The notes beneath the pieces were generated by a model. The model did not search any database. It was given only the letters and a program-made list of their open reading frames with translations, and was not told where the DNA came from. Source: Octopus vulgaris (taxonomy: Eukaryota). Taken from it: a DNA stretch of 64,000 bases. This document shows positions 32,197 to 46,968 of the stretch, one piece after another. The stretch's first letter is position 1. Every line of letters starts with the position of its first letter. The DNA lies in contig OX597837.1 of the NCBI GenBank assembly GCA_951406725.2, positions 5,456,001 through 5,520,000 of the forward strand, in the 5' to 3' direction. The position numbers were made by a program, and so were the translations under genes.

Positions 32197-32901
32197 GTCT
32201 GTCTGTCTATCTATCTTACCGCGTGTCTTTGTGTTTTTCCCATCTTTGTTTAAGCATCCATTTAATTTTCAGGAATTTGTAAAATTTAAATTATTCTTGG
32301 CATCTTAACGCTAATGCAACACTTTGGCATCATAATTTAATTTAGTCAAGTGTATATTTCGAAAGTCTAAGAATAAATTTTCTTGTGTAAATATGTCCAT
32401 TCTTTTATATAAGAGTAAACACGTGCTGTTGATAGTCGTGAAGGATTTGGCAAGCTGGAATGACAGTTACTTTTGTACAAAGAGAGATACTACGTGATGG
32501 TTCCATTAACCTGAAGAAGGGCCTTCTGACCTTAACTGGATTATAGCATTGAAAGTACTTAACATCCGCTTCATCTCTTCAATACCATCACATCAGATTC
32601 TATGGCGAAATAAAAGAATGCAACAACATGGCGAATGCTAAGCATTCATTTGGCAATATTCAGCACACATCAAGCGGACAAAGCAGAGAAAACTATATCA
32701 TTTTAGAATAGCAGGAAATAAACGATTGTTGAGTAAAGCTAATGTGTTTGGCATCGAAGATTTGGCAAGAACTTATATATATTAAACTGCATTCATTCCT
32801 TGAGAGTAATGAACCGTTTTCGTCTTCTTCGTTGTCTCTTTTCCAGAATCCTCACAAAAATAACACTTTCTTTCAAAAACATGTGGAACGTCAAAAGTGA
32901 G

Positions 32902-32943
<42 letters not shown>

Positions 32944-33100
32944 TCCTTCCTCTATATACATACATATGCATATATATGTAATATATATATATATCAATAT
33001 ATATATATATATATGCACTTAAAATATGAAGCATATATACGCAGATATAATATGCAAACGTACGTACAGATATACACATATATGTATATGTGTGTGTGTG

Positions 33101-33178
<78 letters not shown>

Positions 33179-33499
33179 GGTGATGTCCCAGCATGGTCAC
33201 AAGTCATGCGCTGAATCTAGATCAATTCAAATCATATATGTATATAAGTGTATGTATGTAGGTATGTATAAATATATATTTATATGTATATATATATATA
33301 TATATTTCTATCATTCTCTTTTAACGTCTATCTTTCTACCTCTTCTTTTACTTTACTCGCTATCTGATTCTCATCTACCTGTTTTTGTATATATAAGAAT
33401 CCTTCGTTCTTTTTCACTTTCATTCTCAATGTTCCTATATCTGTTTGTCTTTCCGTCTCTGTATGTTTCTGTCTGTCTGTTTGCCCCTCTCTCTATATG

Positions 33500-33531
<32 letters not shown>

Positions 33532-33541
33532 TATACATGCA

Positions 33542-33617
<76 letters not shown>

Positions 33618-34142
33618 CATATATATATATACATATATATACATACATACATATATATATATGTATATATATTCAAATATGCATTTACGCAACGGACACA
33701 AACACACATACATAAATACAGGTATGCGTCATTCACACTCTCCCCCTTTCATATTCTGCAAAAACTGCATCGTATAAAAATTTTGCTCTTTATTTCTTTT
33801 CTTTTTTTTTTTTACTAATTTTAATTTAAAGGTTTCGTATCTGAATTACATTTAATTGAGACATTTGACACCTCTCAGTCAAAACGAAAAAATATATGTA
33901 TATATTTTTATAAAGTGCTTTTTATCCTTAGAAAACCTACGTGAATGCAGAAAATGAACTTACAAAAATGTTACGTAGGAAAATGGCTGTTATTATTGCC
34001 ATGTGCCAAATTTTGAAGAACTTAAATATCCAGTCTTTGATAACACAAAGCTGCGCTAATATAATAATACGTCAGGGTACATACACATATTCCTATAGAT
34101 ATATACTTAAAAACATACATGTGTGCATATACACACACACAC

Positions 34143-34232
<90 letters not shown>

Positions 34233-34261
34233 ATGTGAATGTGTGCGTGAGTGTGCGTATA

Positions 34262-34376
<115 letters not shown>

Positions 34377-34506
34377 TATATATGCATATACATAAATATT
34401 TTTGTCTGCAGTATATGAGGTTTTAGAATTCTATAATTTAACTCTTTTCATCCGGAGTTTCACGGCGCCGATACTGCAAACGATTGAAGAAACGACAGAC
34501 GAATCA

Positions 34507-34573
<67 letters not shown>

Positions 34574-34918
34574 CAGGGAAAATATTGATAAATATATCAA
34601 AATATGATCTGTCATCGAAACTTGGTTATTTGCCAAAAAGTTTTCATCAGAGAATGTATCACATATTTCTTCAAATTTTATTTCCATAAAATAATTTTTT
34701 ATTCGCATGCAAAAGAATGTGATATTTTCATGTTTCCTATATTATAAGAGGGAGAAAAAGAAGAAAAACGCAAAAACGTCGCGACGTTGACAATAACTTC
34801 AACAACATTATTGTATAAGAATAATATATTTGTACTTCACAAAACCGGAGAGTAATTCATCAGATTAAAATTGTTTTTAATATAACAACATAAAAACATA
34901 TATATATATATATATATA

Positions 34919-35405
34919 TCTCTTATTATAAAAGGCAGATTTTATCTGCCTCCCTTTGTATCTTATAGAAATCTACAATATAGGATTTCTTCAATTACAA
35001 TTTACCTAGCATTTTTAAGAGTAGAATGCATCGGGTCATGCCAGGTCCAGTTTTTAAAATTTAAACTCCAATTAAGCAAAATTTACAGAAAACTCACATT
35101 CTGGTGTGTATGTCAAATGCTTTTCTTAGTCTGGTTTACAGCACACGCAAACGCACACACACAGTGTGCTACGAATAAAGTGAAAGTAATTCAGTGTGTT
35201 GACAGGTAGACAATAGAATGCGGTGACGATGGCGATGTAATATTTGTTTCTGTCTATGACGCTGATAGATACATGAGTAAAATGTATGGGAAGACATAAG
35301 AGTGAGTGAAAATGTTCTTGGAAGAGAGTAAATAGCGAGAGAGAGTGATTTGAGGAAGACTTTACATTAAATAACCGTAGTGGCTTGTGTCAGTAATAAA
35401 GTAAA
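34919..35405 (+). mobile_element. Probable Helitron-like element, 5' part
   Basis: Starts A|TCTCTTATTATAAAAGG in an (AT)n tract, with a subterminal hairpin ggcagat-ttt-atctgcc; no 3' CTAG seen. Confidence 0.5.
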
Positions 35406-35427
35406 CATACACTCATACATACATACA

Positions 35428-35459
<32 letters not shown>

Positions 35460-35572
35460 CATACATACATACATACATACATACACACACACATACACAC
35501 ACATACATACATATACACACACATACATACATACACACATACATACATACATACATATACATACATACATAT

Positions 35573-35609
<37 letters not shown>

Positions 35610-35860
35610 GTATTGAAGCTTGAGAACAATCAGATACATTTGCAACACATCTGTTGAAAATATTATTGTTCACACACATACATATACATATATACATACA
35701 GACAGACAGACAGATAGACACACACACACACACACATGATCCAGCATGGCCACAACCTCAAGGCTGAAACATATAAAAGAATAACAGAATATAAATGTGT
35801 GCATGTGTGTGAGAGAGAGAGTGTGTGTGTATGTATGTATGTATGTATGTATATATATAT

Positions 35861-36450
35861 AATAATGCGGTTTTTTCAACAGCTTGAACTAAAAGTCAGA
35901 GGGGAATGGGATAAACTACTTATATTAACTTGCTATAAAAGCAGGTAGTAATTTTATCTTGTCCTTATTCATAGTGCAAGTTTTGAAGAGTGCATTTCGA
36001 TTTTAACAGCTATTTTTTTCAAAGCTATGTTGGAAGTAACAAAGGAGCATATTTGGCATATTTTGCTTTATGAGTTCAATAAAGATAACAACGCAACGGA
36101 AAGTACAAGAAATATTAATGCAGTATATGGGGATTGGACAATAAGTGTAAGGCAGTGTCAATGGTGGTTCCAGAAATTCCGAGCCATAAACTACAGCCTA
36201 GAAGACGAGCCTCATCCTGAAAGATCTGTAGAACTCGACAAGGACATCCTGAAAACCCTGGTGGAACAAAATCTCATCGTAACTGTTGAGGAAGTAGCAG
36301 AGAAGCTTGGATTTGGTCATTCAACCATTAATTGAGACCTGTGTGCTATCGGAAAAGTCAGCAAATTGGGTCAATGGGTTCCTCACGAACTTTCCGAGTC
36401 TAATTGCATGCAGAGAGTGAATGTATGCTTTTCTTTGCTGTCACGTCTCA
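35861..36450 (+). pseudogene. Mariner transposase, 5' half, truncated
   Basis: ORF 36027-36335 (HILLYEFNK...WFQKFR...LEDEPHPERS) continues past a stop to GKVSKLGQWVPHELS, which contains the mariner WVPHEL motif. Confidence 0.92.
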
Positions 36451-36470
36451 CCACTACTGCGCTATGTATA

Positions 36471-37107
36471 TCTATATATATAAAACTCTAGTTGTGTGAG
36501 TGTCTGTCCCCTTCGATTTAGATTCCTAACTTCTCCCACATTTTGCGGTGCAGTTTAACCAAATTCGGGTAGCTTATAGTCGTGATTCATATCGAGCCCG
36601 TCTGAGTATTAGCGCGCGTCAACGATGAGTCTACGATTTTAAAAATAATTTAACATCATTTTTTATTCCATTTTAATGCATAATTTTTCGTGTGTCGATG
36701 GCGGCGGAGTTGGCGTCCACGCTCACACCTGCACCTGTGAGGAAGGGAGTGTAAGGAAATCAACGTCGTAATGCGTTGTCAAGGAGACCAGCGTTCTTTT
36801 AGAACAACGACTTCATGGCTTGAAGACACCAAAACAGAAATGGCTAAGAAAGCGTCTACATGAGTCTACGATTTAAAAAAAAATTTACCATCGTTTTTTT
36901 TCCATTTTAATGCATTTTTTCGCTATTATATAAGGGAAGTAACTCTCTAAAAATGTCTACGATGAGTCAACGATTTAAAAAAAAATTTACCATCATATTT
37001 TTTCCATTTTTAATGCATTTTTTGCTATTTTTTGGCTATAACTCTCTAAAAATGCTTATATAGTTATTTCCCTTACAAACCCGAGCAACGCCGGGCGATA
37101 CTGCTAG
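36471..37107 (+). mobile_element. Complete non-autonomous Helitron
   Basis: A|TC 5' end, 3' hairpin cccgagcaacgccggg (37080-37095), CTAG|T 3' end, no TSD; three internal repeats of about 58 bp (gatgagtctacgattt...ccattttaatgcat). Confidence 0.9.
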
Positions 37108-37137
37108 TATATATATAAGTGTGTGTGTGTGTATGTG

Positions 37138-37319
37138 TAGCCACTACACACATTTTCTTCTCTCCTTGTTTCTCTCCTTGTTTTTTCCTGTGTCCCTTTC
37201 TGTAGAAGAGCGTAGGCTCGAAACGTAAAAGACTTTTTCTATTCCTGAGCGTTATACTAATACATCTGTTTGTTTTGTACACCGCCTGTCTTCGTCTTTT
37301 GTTTTTCTTCGTAAACTCT

Positions 37320-37323
<4 letters not shown>
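37138..37323 (+). mobile_element. Family H1 hammerhead-bearing element
   Basis: Matches 7119-7298 (inverted) and 40312-40490; ends in (TA)n. Confidence 0.85.
37196..37231 (+). ncRNA. Minimal hammerhead-like ribozyme, variant core CUGUAGA
   Basis: CUUU CUGUAGA A GAGC-GUAG-GCUC GAAA CG UA AAAG. Confidence 0.65.
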
Positions 37324-37365
<42 letters not shown>

Positions 37366-37695
37366 GTAGAAAACACACACACACACACACATATAGAAAT
37401 CACACGTATGCTACTAACATCGTCGTACCACACAGCGAAATCACGTGATAGGTTTTGATCAAACTACTTCTTTCTGTGAGTTTTATCTCGCCAGAGAAAG
37501 AAGTTGCTTGCCGCTTGCAGTTCTTGAAAATCTCATGAGGCTGGTGACTTTGCGTGACTATTCGAGTTTTATTTTTTAGCTCTTAATCTAGCAATTCCAG
37601 GTGCTATTTCGCACCCTTTTTTATTAATTTTGCCTTTTTGGTTCTAATTGCTATTGCCGCCTATGTTATAATGTATTCATTATATACTAATATAT

Positions 37696-37989
37696 AAGGC
37701 GGCGAGCTGGCAGAAACGTTAGCACGCCGGGCGAAATGCATAACGTTATTTCGTCTGCCGTTACGTTCTGAGTTGAAATTCCGCCGAGGTCGACTTTGCT
37801 TTCATACTTTCGGGGGTCGATAAATTAAGTACCAGTTACGCATTGGGGTCGATGTAAACGACTTGATCCCATTGTCTGTCCTTGTTTGTCCTGTCTGTGT
37901 TTAGCCCCTTGTGGGTAGTAAAGAAATAGGTATTTCGTCTGCCGCTGCGTTCTGAGTTCAAATTCTGCCTTTCATCCTTTCGGGTTCGA
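37696..37989 (+). mobile_element. SINE family B followed by a partial tandem restart
   Basis: aaggcggcgagctggcagaaacgttagcacgccgggcg...ttgtgggtagtaaagaaatagg, then tatttcgtctgccg again. Confidence 0.9.
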
Positions 37990-38073
37990 GACGGTGCTCC
38001 AGCGTGGCCGTAAGTAAATGGCTGAAGCAAGTAACAGAATGAAGGAATATATATACATATATATATGTATATT

Positions 38074-38476
38074 CAGGAGTGGCTGTGTGGTAAGTAGCTT
38101 GCTAACCAACCACATGGTTCTGGGTTCAGTCCCACTGCGTGTCATCTTGGGCAAGTGACTACTGCTATAGCCTCGGGCCGACCAAAGCTTTGTGAGTGGA
38201 TTTGGTAGACGGAAACTGAAAGACGCCTGTCGTATATATGTATATATATATGCGTGTGTGTGTTTGTGTGTCTGTGTTTGTCCCCCTAGCATTGCTTGAC
38301 AACCGATGCTGGTGTGTTTATGTCCCCGTTACTTAGCGGTTCGGCAAAAGAGACCGATAAATTAAGTACTGGGCTTACAAAAAAATAAGTCCCGGGGTCG
38401 ATTTGCTCGATTAAAGGCGGTGCTCCAGCATGGCCGCAGTCAAATGACTGAAACAAGTAAAAGAGTAAAAAGAGTA
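38074..38476 (+). mobile_element. SINE family A, full length
   Basis: Nearly identical to 40491-40907. Confidence 0.93.
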
Positions 38477-38598
38477 ATATAGACACACACACGTAATGTT
38501 GTGCGTGTTTGTGTGCGAGCATGTGCAAGCAAAGTGATTTTTCATCTTTCGAAGATTTTCTATTGAGAAGCAGCTGGTTTCCAAGAAAGGATCACAGC

Positions 38599-38639
<41 letters not shown>

Positions 38640-39034
38640 TCTTTCTCTCTCTCTCTCTCTTTCTGGAAACTTAGACGAAAACAATTGTTGGTAAGTTAAT
38701 GGCGTATGGAGTTGCCTGAATCTGTGTATGCATATGTATATATGTTTGTACGTATGGACATATGCATGCTTGTGCGTCTTTGTGTGTATATATGTGTGAG
38801 CGTGTGTATGTATGTATGTATGCACGTATGTGTGTGAATAAATATATATATATATGTATATACGTAAGTTTATGTAACTATGCCTGAATATATGTATGTT
38901 TGTATGATTGCATATATGCATGAAGATATGTTGGCTTGTATATGTTCATATCTATATATGTATAACAGAATGTATGTATGAATGTACAGATGTATGAACG
39001 CAATTGTGTATACTATGCATGTACATATATGTTC

Positions 39035-39067
<33 letters not shown>

Positions 39068-39203
39068 TATATACACACATATATATACACACACATATGT
39101 ATATATATATATATGCATATGTATATATGTATATATATACATATGCATATGTGTATATATATATACATATACCCACACATATATCTGTATACATGTCTGT
39201 TGG

Positions 39204-39247
<44 letters not shown>

Positions 39248-39417
39248 ATGTATATATATATATATGTGTAGATATATATATATATATGTATGCCTGTATC
39301 AATTCGCATATATATATATACATACGCATATATATATGCATATATATGTGTATGTATATATATATATATATATACATACATATATATATGCATTTATATA
39401 CATAGATACATACATAA

Positions 39418-39459
<42 letters not shown>

Positions 39460-39796
39460 GCAAATATCGGTACTCGCATATGTATGTCGTCGTCAATATG
39501 CTTATATGTATGTGTTAATTTTTGCGTCTTTGCCTCCCTATATAAAGGCTTAGATACAAGCCGTCTACATTTCTCTATACATTTGCACACGAATCAATTC
39601 CGAAACTTCAGATAAAACTGTTTTGGAGATATTTGTGTATATCCTCGCAAATCGGGCAGGTGTTTTTTGTATGAACATCTATGTAGTTCAGCAACCCCCA
39701 GGTTTATTTACAAAATCTTTCGTTCACCAGCTTATTTTATACAAATAGGTATTACACACACACACATGTACACACACACACACACACACACACACG

Positions 39797-39833
<37 letters not shown>

Positions 39834-40094
39834 GCATATATCTTTGTTATATTATTAAGAATCTCATTTTGCCACTACGTGTTTCCCCAGTTCAGTCTTA
39901 CTGCACAAACGATGTTAGATTCAACTTCAGAATTCAACCAACGTTTGGTCCCCTTTAACTCCGTCTCCCAATAAAAAAACAAAAAACAAAAACCATTATG
40001 CTAAAGTCACATCACAAAACTGAGAGAGAACCCTTTCACCTCAACTGGCTCTGATCTCTTTGACAACATGCCAAGTCAGATAAGAAAAGAAAAC

Positions 40095-40306
40095 GGAGGG
40101 ACAAACACAGGCACACAAACACACACATACACACACATATATGTACGGCGTGTTAGTTTCTGTTTCCGTCTAGCAAATCCATTCACAAGATTTTGGTCGG
40201 TCCAAGACAGTAGAAGACACTCGTCCAATGTGTCACGCAGTAGGACTGAACCCGAAAACATGTGGTTGCGCAAAAAGCTTCCTACCACACAGCTACTCCA
40301 GCGCCC
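40095..40306 (-). mobile_element. SINE family A 5' module, inverted
   Basis: Reverse complement of the family A head (taccacacagctactcc, ggactgaacccg, tttccgtctagcaaatcc). Confidence 0.85.
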
Positions 40307-40311
40307 ATTGC

Positions 40312-40490
40312 TAGCCACTACACATTCTTTATTTTCTCTCCTTGTTTCTTTTCTGTGTTCCTTACTGTGGAAGAGCGTAGGCTCGAAACGTTAAAGACCT
40401 TTTCACTTCCCGAGCGTTATACTAATACATCTGTTTGTTGTCTACACCACCTGTCTTTGTCTTTTGTTTTTATTTGTGAATTTTCCCCAT
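40312..40490 (+). mobile_element. Family H1 hammerhead-bearing element (core CUGUGGA, motif 40361-40398)
   Basis: cttactgtggaagagcgtaggctcgaaacgttaaagac; matches the other H1 copies. Confidence 0.85.
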
Positions 40491-40907
40491 AGGCGTAGGA
40501 GTGGCTGTGTGGTATGTAGCTTGCTTATCAACCACATGGTTCCGGGTTCAGTCCCACTGCGTGGCACCTTGGGCAAGTGTCTTCTATTATAGCCTCGGGC
40601 CGACCAAAGCCTTGTGAGTGGATTTGGTAGACGGAAACTGAAAGAAGCCTGTCGTATATATGTATATATATATATGTGCGTGTGAGTATGTGTGTGTGTG
40701 CTTGTTCCCCTAGCATTGCTTGACAACCGATGCTGGTGTGTTTATATCCCCGTCACTTAGTGGTTCGGCAAAAGAGACCGATAGAATAAGTACTGGGCTT
40801 ACAAAAAGAATAAGTCCCGGGGTCGAGTTGCTCGATTAAAGGCGGTGCTCCAGCATGGCCGCAGTAAAATGACTGAAACAAGTAAAAGAGTAAAAGAGTA
40901 AAAGAGT
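40491..40907 (+). mobile_element. SINE family A, full length
   Basis: Pol III-like head, internal (TA)(TG) tract, (TAAAAGAG)3 tail. Confidence 0.93.
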
Positions 40908-41765
40908 ATATATTCTAATATCTCCATTAACTAGCCGGATTATCCTTGGATTAATAGTATCACCGAGTCAGATCCTCCAGATAATGTTACAATCTAATTA
41001 AACGTGTTTGTTTTATAATCAATGAAAATTTTTTCTCTCTTAATTTTTAAATATTCAAATACGATTCTTTTTAAGTATCTACTAAAATAACTAAACCAAT
41101 AGAAATTCAACACAGCCTGTCTCTTCACTATCTGTATTCTAGACAAGACGATTAGTCAAATATTTACTAATTTTTCTGCAAACAAAGGCAAGTCGATAGA
41201 AATTTCATTACACTTTTGGCTTGTATATTCGTTTGTATATGATAATTTAAACATTAACGTGTCCGTTTGTATAGTTTTAATATATACGATTAGTTGTCAT
41301 TAAACTACATATGAATGTTCATTTATTAACAAACAAGACTCACACTTAGAGCATTAGATATTTTATGTGAAACACAAGATGAAAAGAAACGTAACCGGAT
41401 TTCATTTATTAATAATGTTTACTAACAGAACAACTACAGTCTAGCGTCATTAACGTTGCATTCTACACACACACACGCACGCATACACACACACTCACAT
41501 ACACGCACACACACGCACACACAGAGAGGCATACACACATGCATAGACACACACACACACGCACAAAGAGGCATAAACACACGCATAGACACACACTCAT
41601 GCACGCACGCACACACAGTCACACATACATAGACGCATATATATATACATATATATATACACAGATATACACACACATATATATATACATATATAGACAT
41701 ACATAAACATATATATATATGTATACGCACATATACAGACAAACACACACAAACATATATACGTT

Positions 41766-41808
<43 letters not shown>

Positions 41809-41862
41809 ACAAATATATATATATATGTATTTGTATGTTTATATATATATATTCACTTATCC

Positions 41863-41893
<31 letters not shown>

Positions 41894-41909
41894 TGTATCT
41901 ATCTATCCC

Positions 41910-41958
<49 letters not shown>

Positions 41959-41968
41959 ATGTATGTAC

Positions 41969-42001
<33 letters not shown>

Positions 42002-42085
42002 CACGTATACGTAATTTTATAAGTATATATAGATATATGTCAGTATATTTACATTTACACATTTATATACGTATATATGTATATA

Positions 42086-42480
42086 GGTGTTCCAAGACTT
42101 GTTCCTATAGAGTGGGCAAATCCCATTCCTATCGTTACGTATAATCGTTTCAAATTTCCTCATAGCTCCTTTGTATACATTGATCCTTTCTCTATGGCTG
42201 TATCCTGAGAACTGCATGCGGTGAACGAAGTGTTGTATGTGTCCCTTTAACTCTATCGGGTCCCACATGCAGGACACATTTCTCATTACTCTGATGAGGT
42301 CTGCCATCAATAACTTGAATTTGACATTGTTCGCGAAAGCTGAGTTCCGGTGGATCATGCATTTGGAGGCCATAAGTTTGGTATAGTGTGAGTGGAGGAT
42401 TTGGGTTTTAATATTCACAGTTTCCAGCCAGAGATCTGTATCTAGTACTGGTAGTCTATGGCTAGGGTCTTTTGTAAGGT
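42086..42480 (-). pseudogene. Penelope-like retroelement RT C-terminal (thumb/linker) fragment
   Basis: ORF track 42017..42502 contains LPVLD...HYTKLMAS...IHRNSA...RVMRNVS...RMQFSGY...PLYR..W, a pattern typical of the PLE region after the RT core. Confidence 0.75.
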
Positions 42481-42509
42481 ATGTATATATGTGCATATAC
42501 ACAGATACT

Positions 42510-42650
42510 CATTTAGGTGCGGCCGTGCTGGAGCACCGCCTGTAGTCGATCAAAATCGACCCCATGGCTTATTCCTTGTAAGCCTAGTATTTATTCTATA
42601 AATTTCTTTTGCCTGACCGCTTGCTTACGGGGACGTGAACACACCACGCT
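42510..42650 (-). mobile_element. SINE family A 3' module fragment
   Basis: gcggccgtgctggagcaccgcc, cttattccttgtaagcctagta, ttacggggacgtgaacacacca. Confidence 0.75.
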
Positions 42651-43635
42651 AGGAGGGATTCATAAAATGAAAACTACCATATTAGACACATTGTACGGAA
42701 CGCGAGGCAATGCAACTCTCGAAGCGATCCTTTTAAAAACAGATTCAGCCGCAGATCATACAACCGTCCCACCCACGCAGAAATATATACGTATATAGTA
42801 TTGTTCTGTCATGGGGAGAGCAACGAAAAAAAGCACTCTGTCTGTTGATGCATAAATACACACAAATACATAGTTTTATGGGCTGTTACTAGTTTCATGT
42901 GCCGAGAATATGCCAAATATTGTTCTACAGCGCTTCTGCCATCTCGGCACAATCGTCAGGCACACAGTCCACTGTGCCGATATGTCAGACGTGTTATAGA
43001 ATATTGTTTGTCATGTTCTTAGCACATGAAGGTAGTAGTAGCACATAAAAACATGGATTATATCTATTAAATATTACATATACATATATGATACATTTCT
43101 CCTGTCAGTCACGGTCTGCCAGCACCTCTCTGTTTCATTGACTAATGCATCCTTATCTGTATCATATACTAATTTCCTCCGCTCCCTATGCTCTTCTCTC
43201 ATTCTATCAGACTTCTGATATTTCATCCTATTCCATCTCTAATGCTTCTTCACTTTCGTGAAGCCTTATTTATATTACTTCTTCCTTAATTTTCACACCC
43301 CATATCTTTTCCATATCTTTTCTTTGTTTATATTTCCTCCTCAGCTTACCTAAGTTCTATGTCAGTGATAAATATTTATCTCCGTTACTTTCCTTCTCGT
43401 CTTTCTATCTCTAACTCTTTGTTTGTCTGTCGAATCTACATCAATTTCTATAAAATTGTCGTTCCATTTTTCGTCTTCTTTCAGTACAGTTCGTTCCCCT
43501 CTATCGGTCCCCCGTGACAGAGGGAAAGTAACACAATATATTCAATTAAATAATAAGATAGAAACAGACACTTGGTTTAGCGTCACACATACATACCCAC
43601 ACGCACATGCACTCGCCCTTTTAACATATATATAT

Positions 43636-44188
43636 TATATAAACAGCGAGACATGGAAGAATGCCGTGAAAATCGATAGAAGCCTAGATGCGTTCCACCA
43701 AAGACGCTTGAAAAGATTGAGAACGTACTGGCGAAAGAAACATAACCAATGATGACATTGAAAAGGGAGCCATTGAAGTTGAAAATTGAGAGTGGTGTTG
43801 TGTGGAAGTAGAAAATGCTTATTTAGTTGGATCCTAATGAATCACTGTGCCCCGATATAAATGGACATTGGCAGAGTGCGTGGGAGGGAGTTGCGTATTG
43901 TCGAATGTAATTACAAGAATTACAAGTATTGTGTATCTTGATAGAACGATTTGCGAGGACGTTATTCATTATCCCGTTATATCGTACGTCGAACGTGCGA
44001 TACGACAAGTGGAAAACCGAAAATCCTTAAAACTACATGGTGCAGAACATTCTTAATTGACATAAAAAAGGCCTATATTACATGGTCAGATGCAGAGAAA
44101 ACTGCATTGGAAAGAAACCAGTGACATCACCTTGTTGCACAGCGTTTTCAAAATAACAAGAACTAAACTAAGCTGAGCTCAACTGAAC
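43636..44188 (+). pseudogene. Degenerate RTE-clade LINE 3' end
   Basis: NSETW...LDAFHQRRLKRL...ITNDDI, then KTTWCRTFLIDIKKAYITWSDAEKTALERNQ*HHLVA; short (AACTR)n-like tail. Confidence 0.8.
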
Positions 44189-44505
44189 ACACACAAAATG
44201 GAGTATTAAAAAAATAAATTTTATTGGGAGTGAGTTAAAAGTTTGGAAAATGGGTGTCTTCAGGACATTTTTATTTTATAAAAATTCGTATGACAAAAGG
44301 ACTTTAATTAGGATTGGTTTCTTAAATGTTTACGTTTGCTACTTTAAACGAAATAGCATTCCATAAAGTACGAACAACAATAGACTTTTGATTGCATATA
44401 CATCGAAATATTTGGGCAAAAGCTTCCACCTTTGAGGGTTGGCATGATGCATACTTCTAGCATCCGGAAATCATATAAAGGCTGAATAATTTTGTGCCTA
44501 GTCTC

Positions 44506-44551
<46 letters not shown>

Positions 44552-44557
44552 CTCCTT

Positions 44558-44594
<37 letters not shown>

Positions 44595-44727
44595 TGTTGT
44601 GTCTGGGGAGAGTCATTCTCTTTTAGTGCCTTATTATTTAACACACTCACCGGTAAAATTTCCACAACAGAATATGCTTCAACACACGAACTCATATAAA
44701 GAATCTTGCAAACCAAATCCAACGACG

Positions 44728-44796
<69 letters not shown>

Positions 44797-44854
44797 TATA
44801 TACATATATATATAAATATATATATATGTATGTATGTATATCTATGTATATATG

Positions 44855-44914
<60 letters not shown>

Positions 44915-44919
44915 TTAAT

Positions 44920-45056
44920 GGAAAGATGAATTATCTTGTTACGGATTATTCAAAAGTTTAACCGATACCTGGGTAGCAAAAATCACAGCAGAAAAAACAC
45001 GGTTGGAGATAAGACCATATGGTGTTGCAACCGTGCGTTGGTGCGGATAATTGAAG
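44920..45056 (-). mobile_element. Truncated copy of the pLTR-like element at 21735
   Basis: caaaagtttaaccgatacc...accatatggtgttgcaaccgtgcgttggtgcggataattgaa is shared with 21770-21875. Confidence 0.85.
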
Positions 45057-45059
45057 TTT

Positions 45060-45280
45060 ATGTGTGTATAAGTCTTTGTGTTTGCGCTTGCTCCCCACCA
45101 CCGCTTGACAATCGGTGTTGGTGTATTTACGTCCCCGTAACATACTGCGTCAGCAAAGGGGACGATAGAATAATAATTTGGCTGAAAAAATGTCCTGCAC
45201 TCGATTTGTTCGACTAAAATCCTTCCATGCGGTGCCCCAGCGTGGCCACGGTCAAATGATTGAACCAAGTAAAAGAGAAA
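45060..45280 (+). mobile_element. SINE family A 3' module
   Basis: gcttgacaatcggtgttggtg...gcggtgccccagcgtggccac...aagtaaaagag. Confidence 0.8.
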
Positions 45281-45950
45281 AGTTTCTAATTTTGCATTCA
45301 TAAAACTGGTTTTGCAAATGTTTAATTAGATCAAATTTTTATATTCAGTCACTATTTCGATGTTTATATACATACATACATACATACATACATACATACA
45401 TACATACATACATACATACATACACACATACATACATACGCACACATATACACACACATACATATATATACTATACGCGTATACACATATTTGTCCCACA
45501 TAAATTTGATATATATGTATATGTATAGCTATATGAGTATATAAAATTACGTATAGTATGTGCATAAATGTATATATCATATGTACACAGGCAATTATAT
45601 ACACAAGCGGGCATATCCAGATACACGCACAAACACACACATACATATATATGTTTATTTATATATATATACATACACATTTGTATATATATGTGAGTGT
45701 ATATATATATGTGTATGTGTGTACATCTGGTTATGCCCGCATGTGTATATAATTACTTGTATACATATGATATATACATTTATGCACATACTATACATAC
45801 ATATATATATATGTATATATGCATATATATATATACATATATATATATATGCATATATATATATATACATATATATATGTGTGTGTATATAATTATATAT
45901 ATATATAGGTATATATATGTATGTATATATATATATAGGTATATATATAT

Positions 45951-46001
<51 letters not shown>

Positions 46002-46073
46002 ATATTTATATGGATGTATGTATTGTAGAAATATATACCTAAATATGTGCGTCTCACTCTCACTGCACCTCTC

Positions 46074-46131
<58 letters not shown>

Positions 46132-46617
46132 TACATACATGTATACACACATATGTACAAGTATTTTTATTCATTAACTTGTTTCTATACATACATAAAT
46201 ACAAATCTTTTCTTCATATACCGTCGAATCGTTTGAAGGTGAAAATCTAATTAACGAATGGCGTGACTAAATAATGTTACTAATGTACAAGAAAATATTT
46301 GATTCTATTAACATTTTCCGCAGGTGTCCCCACTCTGAGAAGTCTGCGTCCGTAAAAACATATACTTCTGCACAAACGCATACATACATGCACGAACATA
46401 CACAGATTGGTACACATAGCCTCTCATACATATAGATATGATATTTTACGTACAAGTTCGTGGTAGACATAGAGAAACGTAGATTTCAATTACTTCTCGG
46501 CAGATTAAAAAATATGATGAACAACCTTACCGGGGCCGACACTTATTGCGGTTGCGTCTGAGGTGTCTACGTCATTTGACCAAACTCAGACCAACGAACG
46601 GCCATTTTGCACACATA

Positions 46618-46653
<36 letters not shown>

Positions 46654-46903
46654 GAGAGAGAGCGAGAGACAGACATACAGAGAGACAGACAGACAGACAG
46701 ACAGACACAGAGGGGCCATAAATGACAGGAAAACGTAGAGGAAGAAATATGGATATGCATATGCAAGTATTTTAACGGAAAATGGGTTAAAAATAAAAGT
46801 ACTCTAAAATAATGCAGACAATGCATTACAACACAAACACACACACAAACACACATAGACACACAGATAGAAACACAGAACACAAACACACACACATACG
46901 TAT

Positions 46904-46968
<65 letters not shown>

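Noticed and set aside
46310-46360. Possible micro-exon (ttttccgcag|...|gtaaaa)
   Set aside because: Weak donor and no recognisable peptide or other support.
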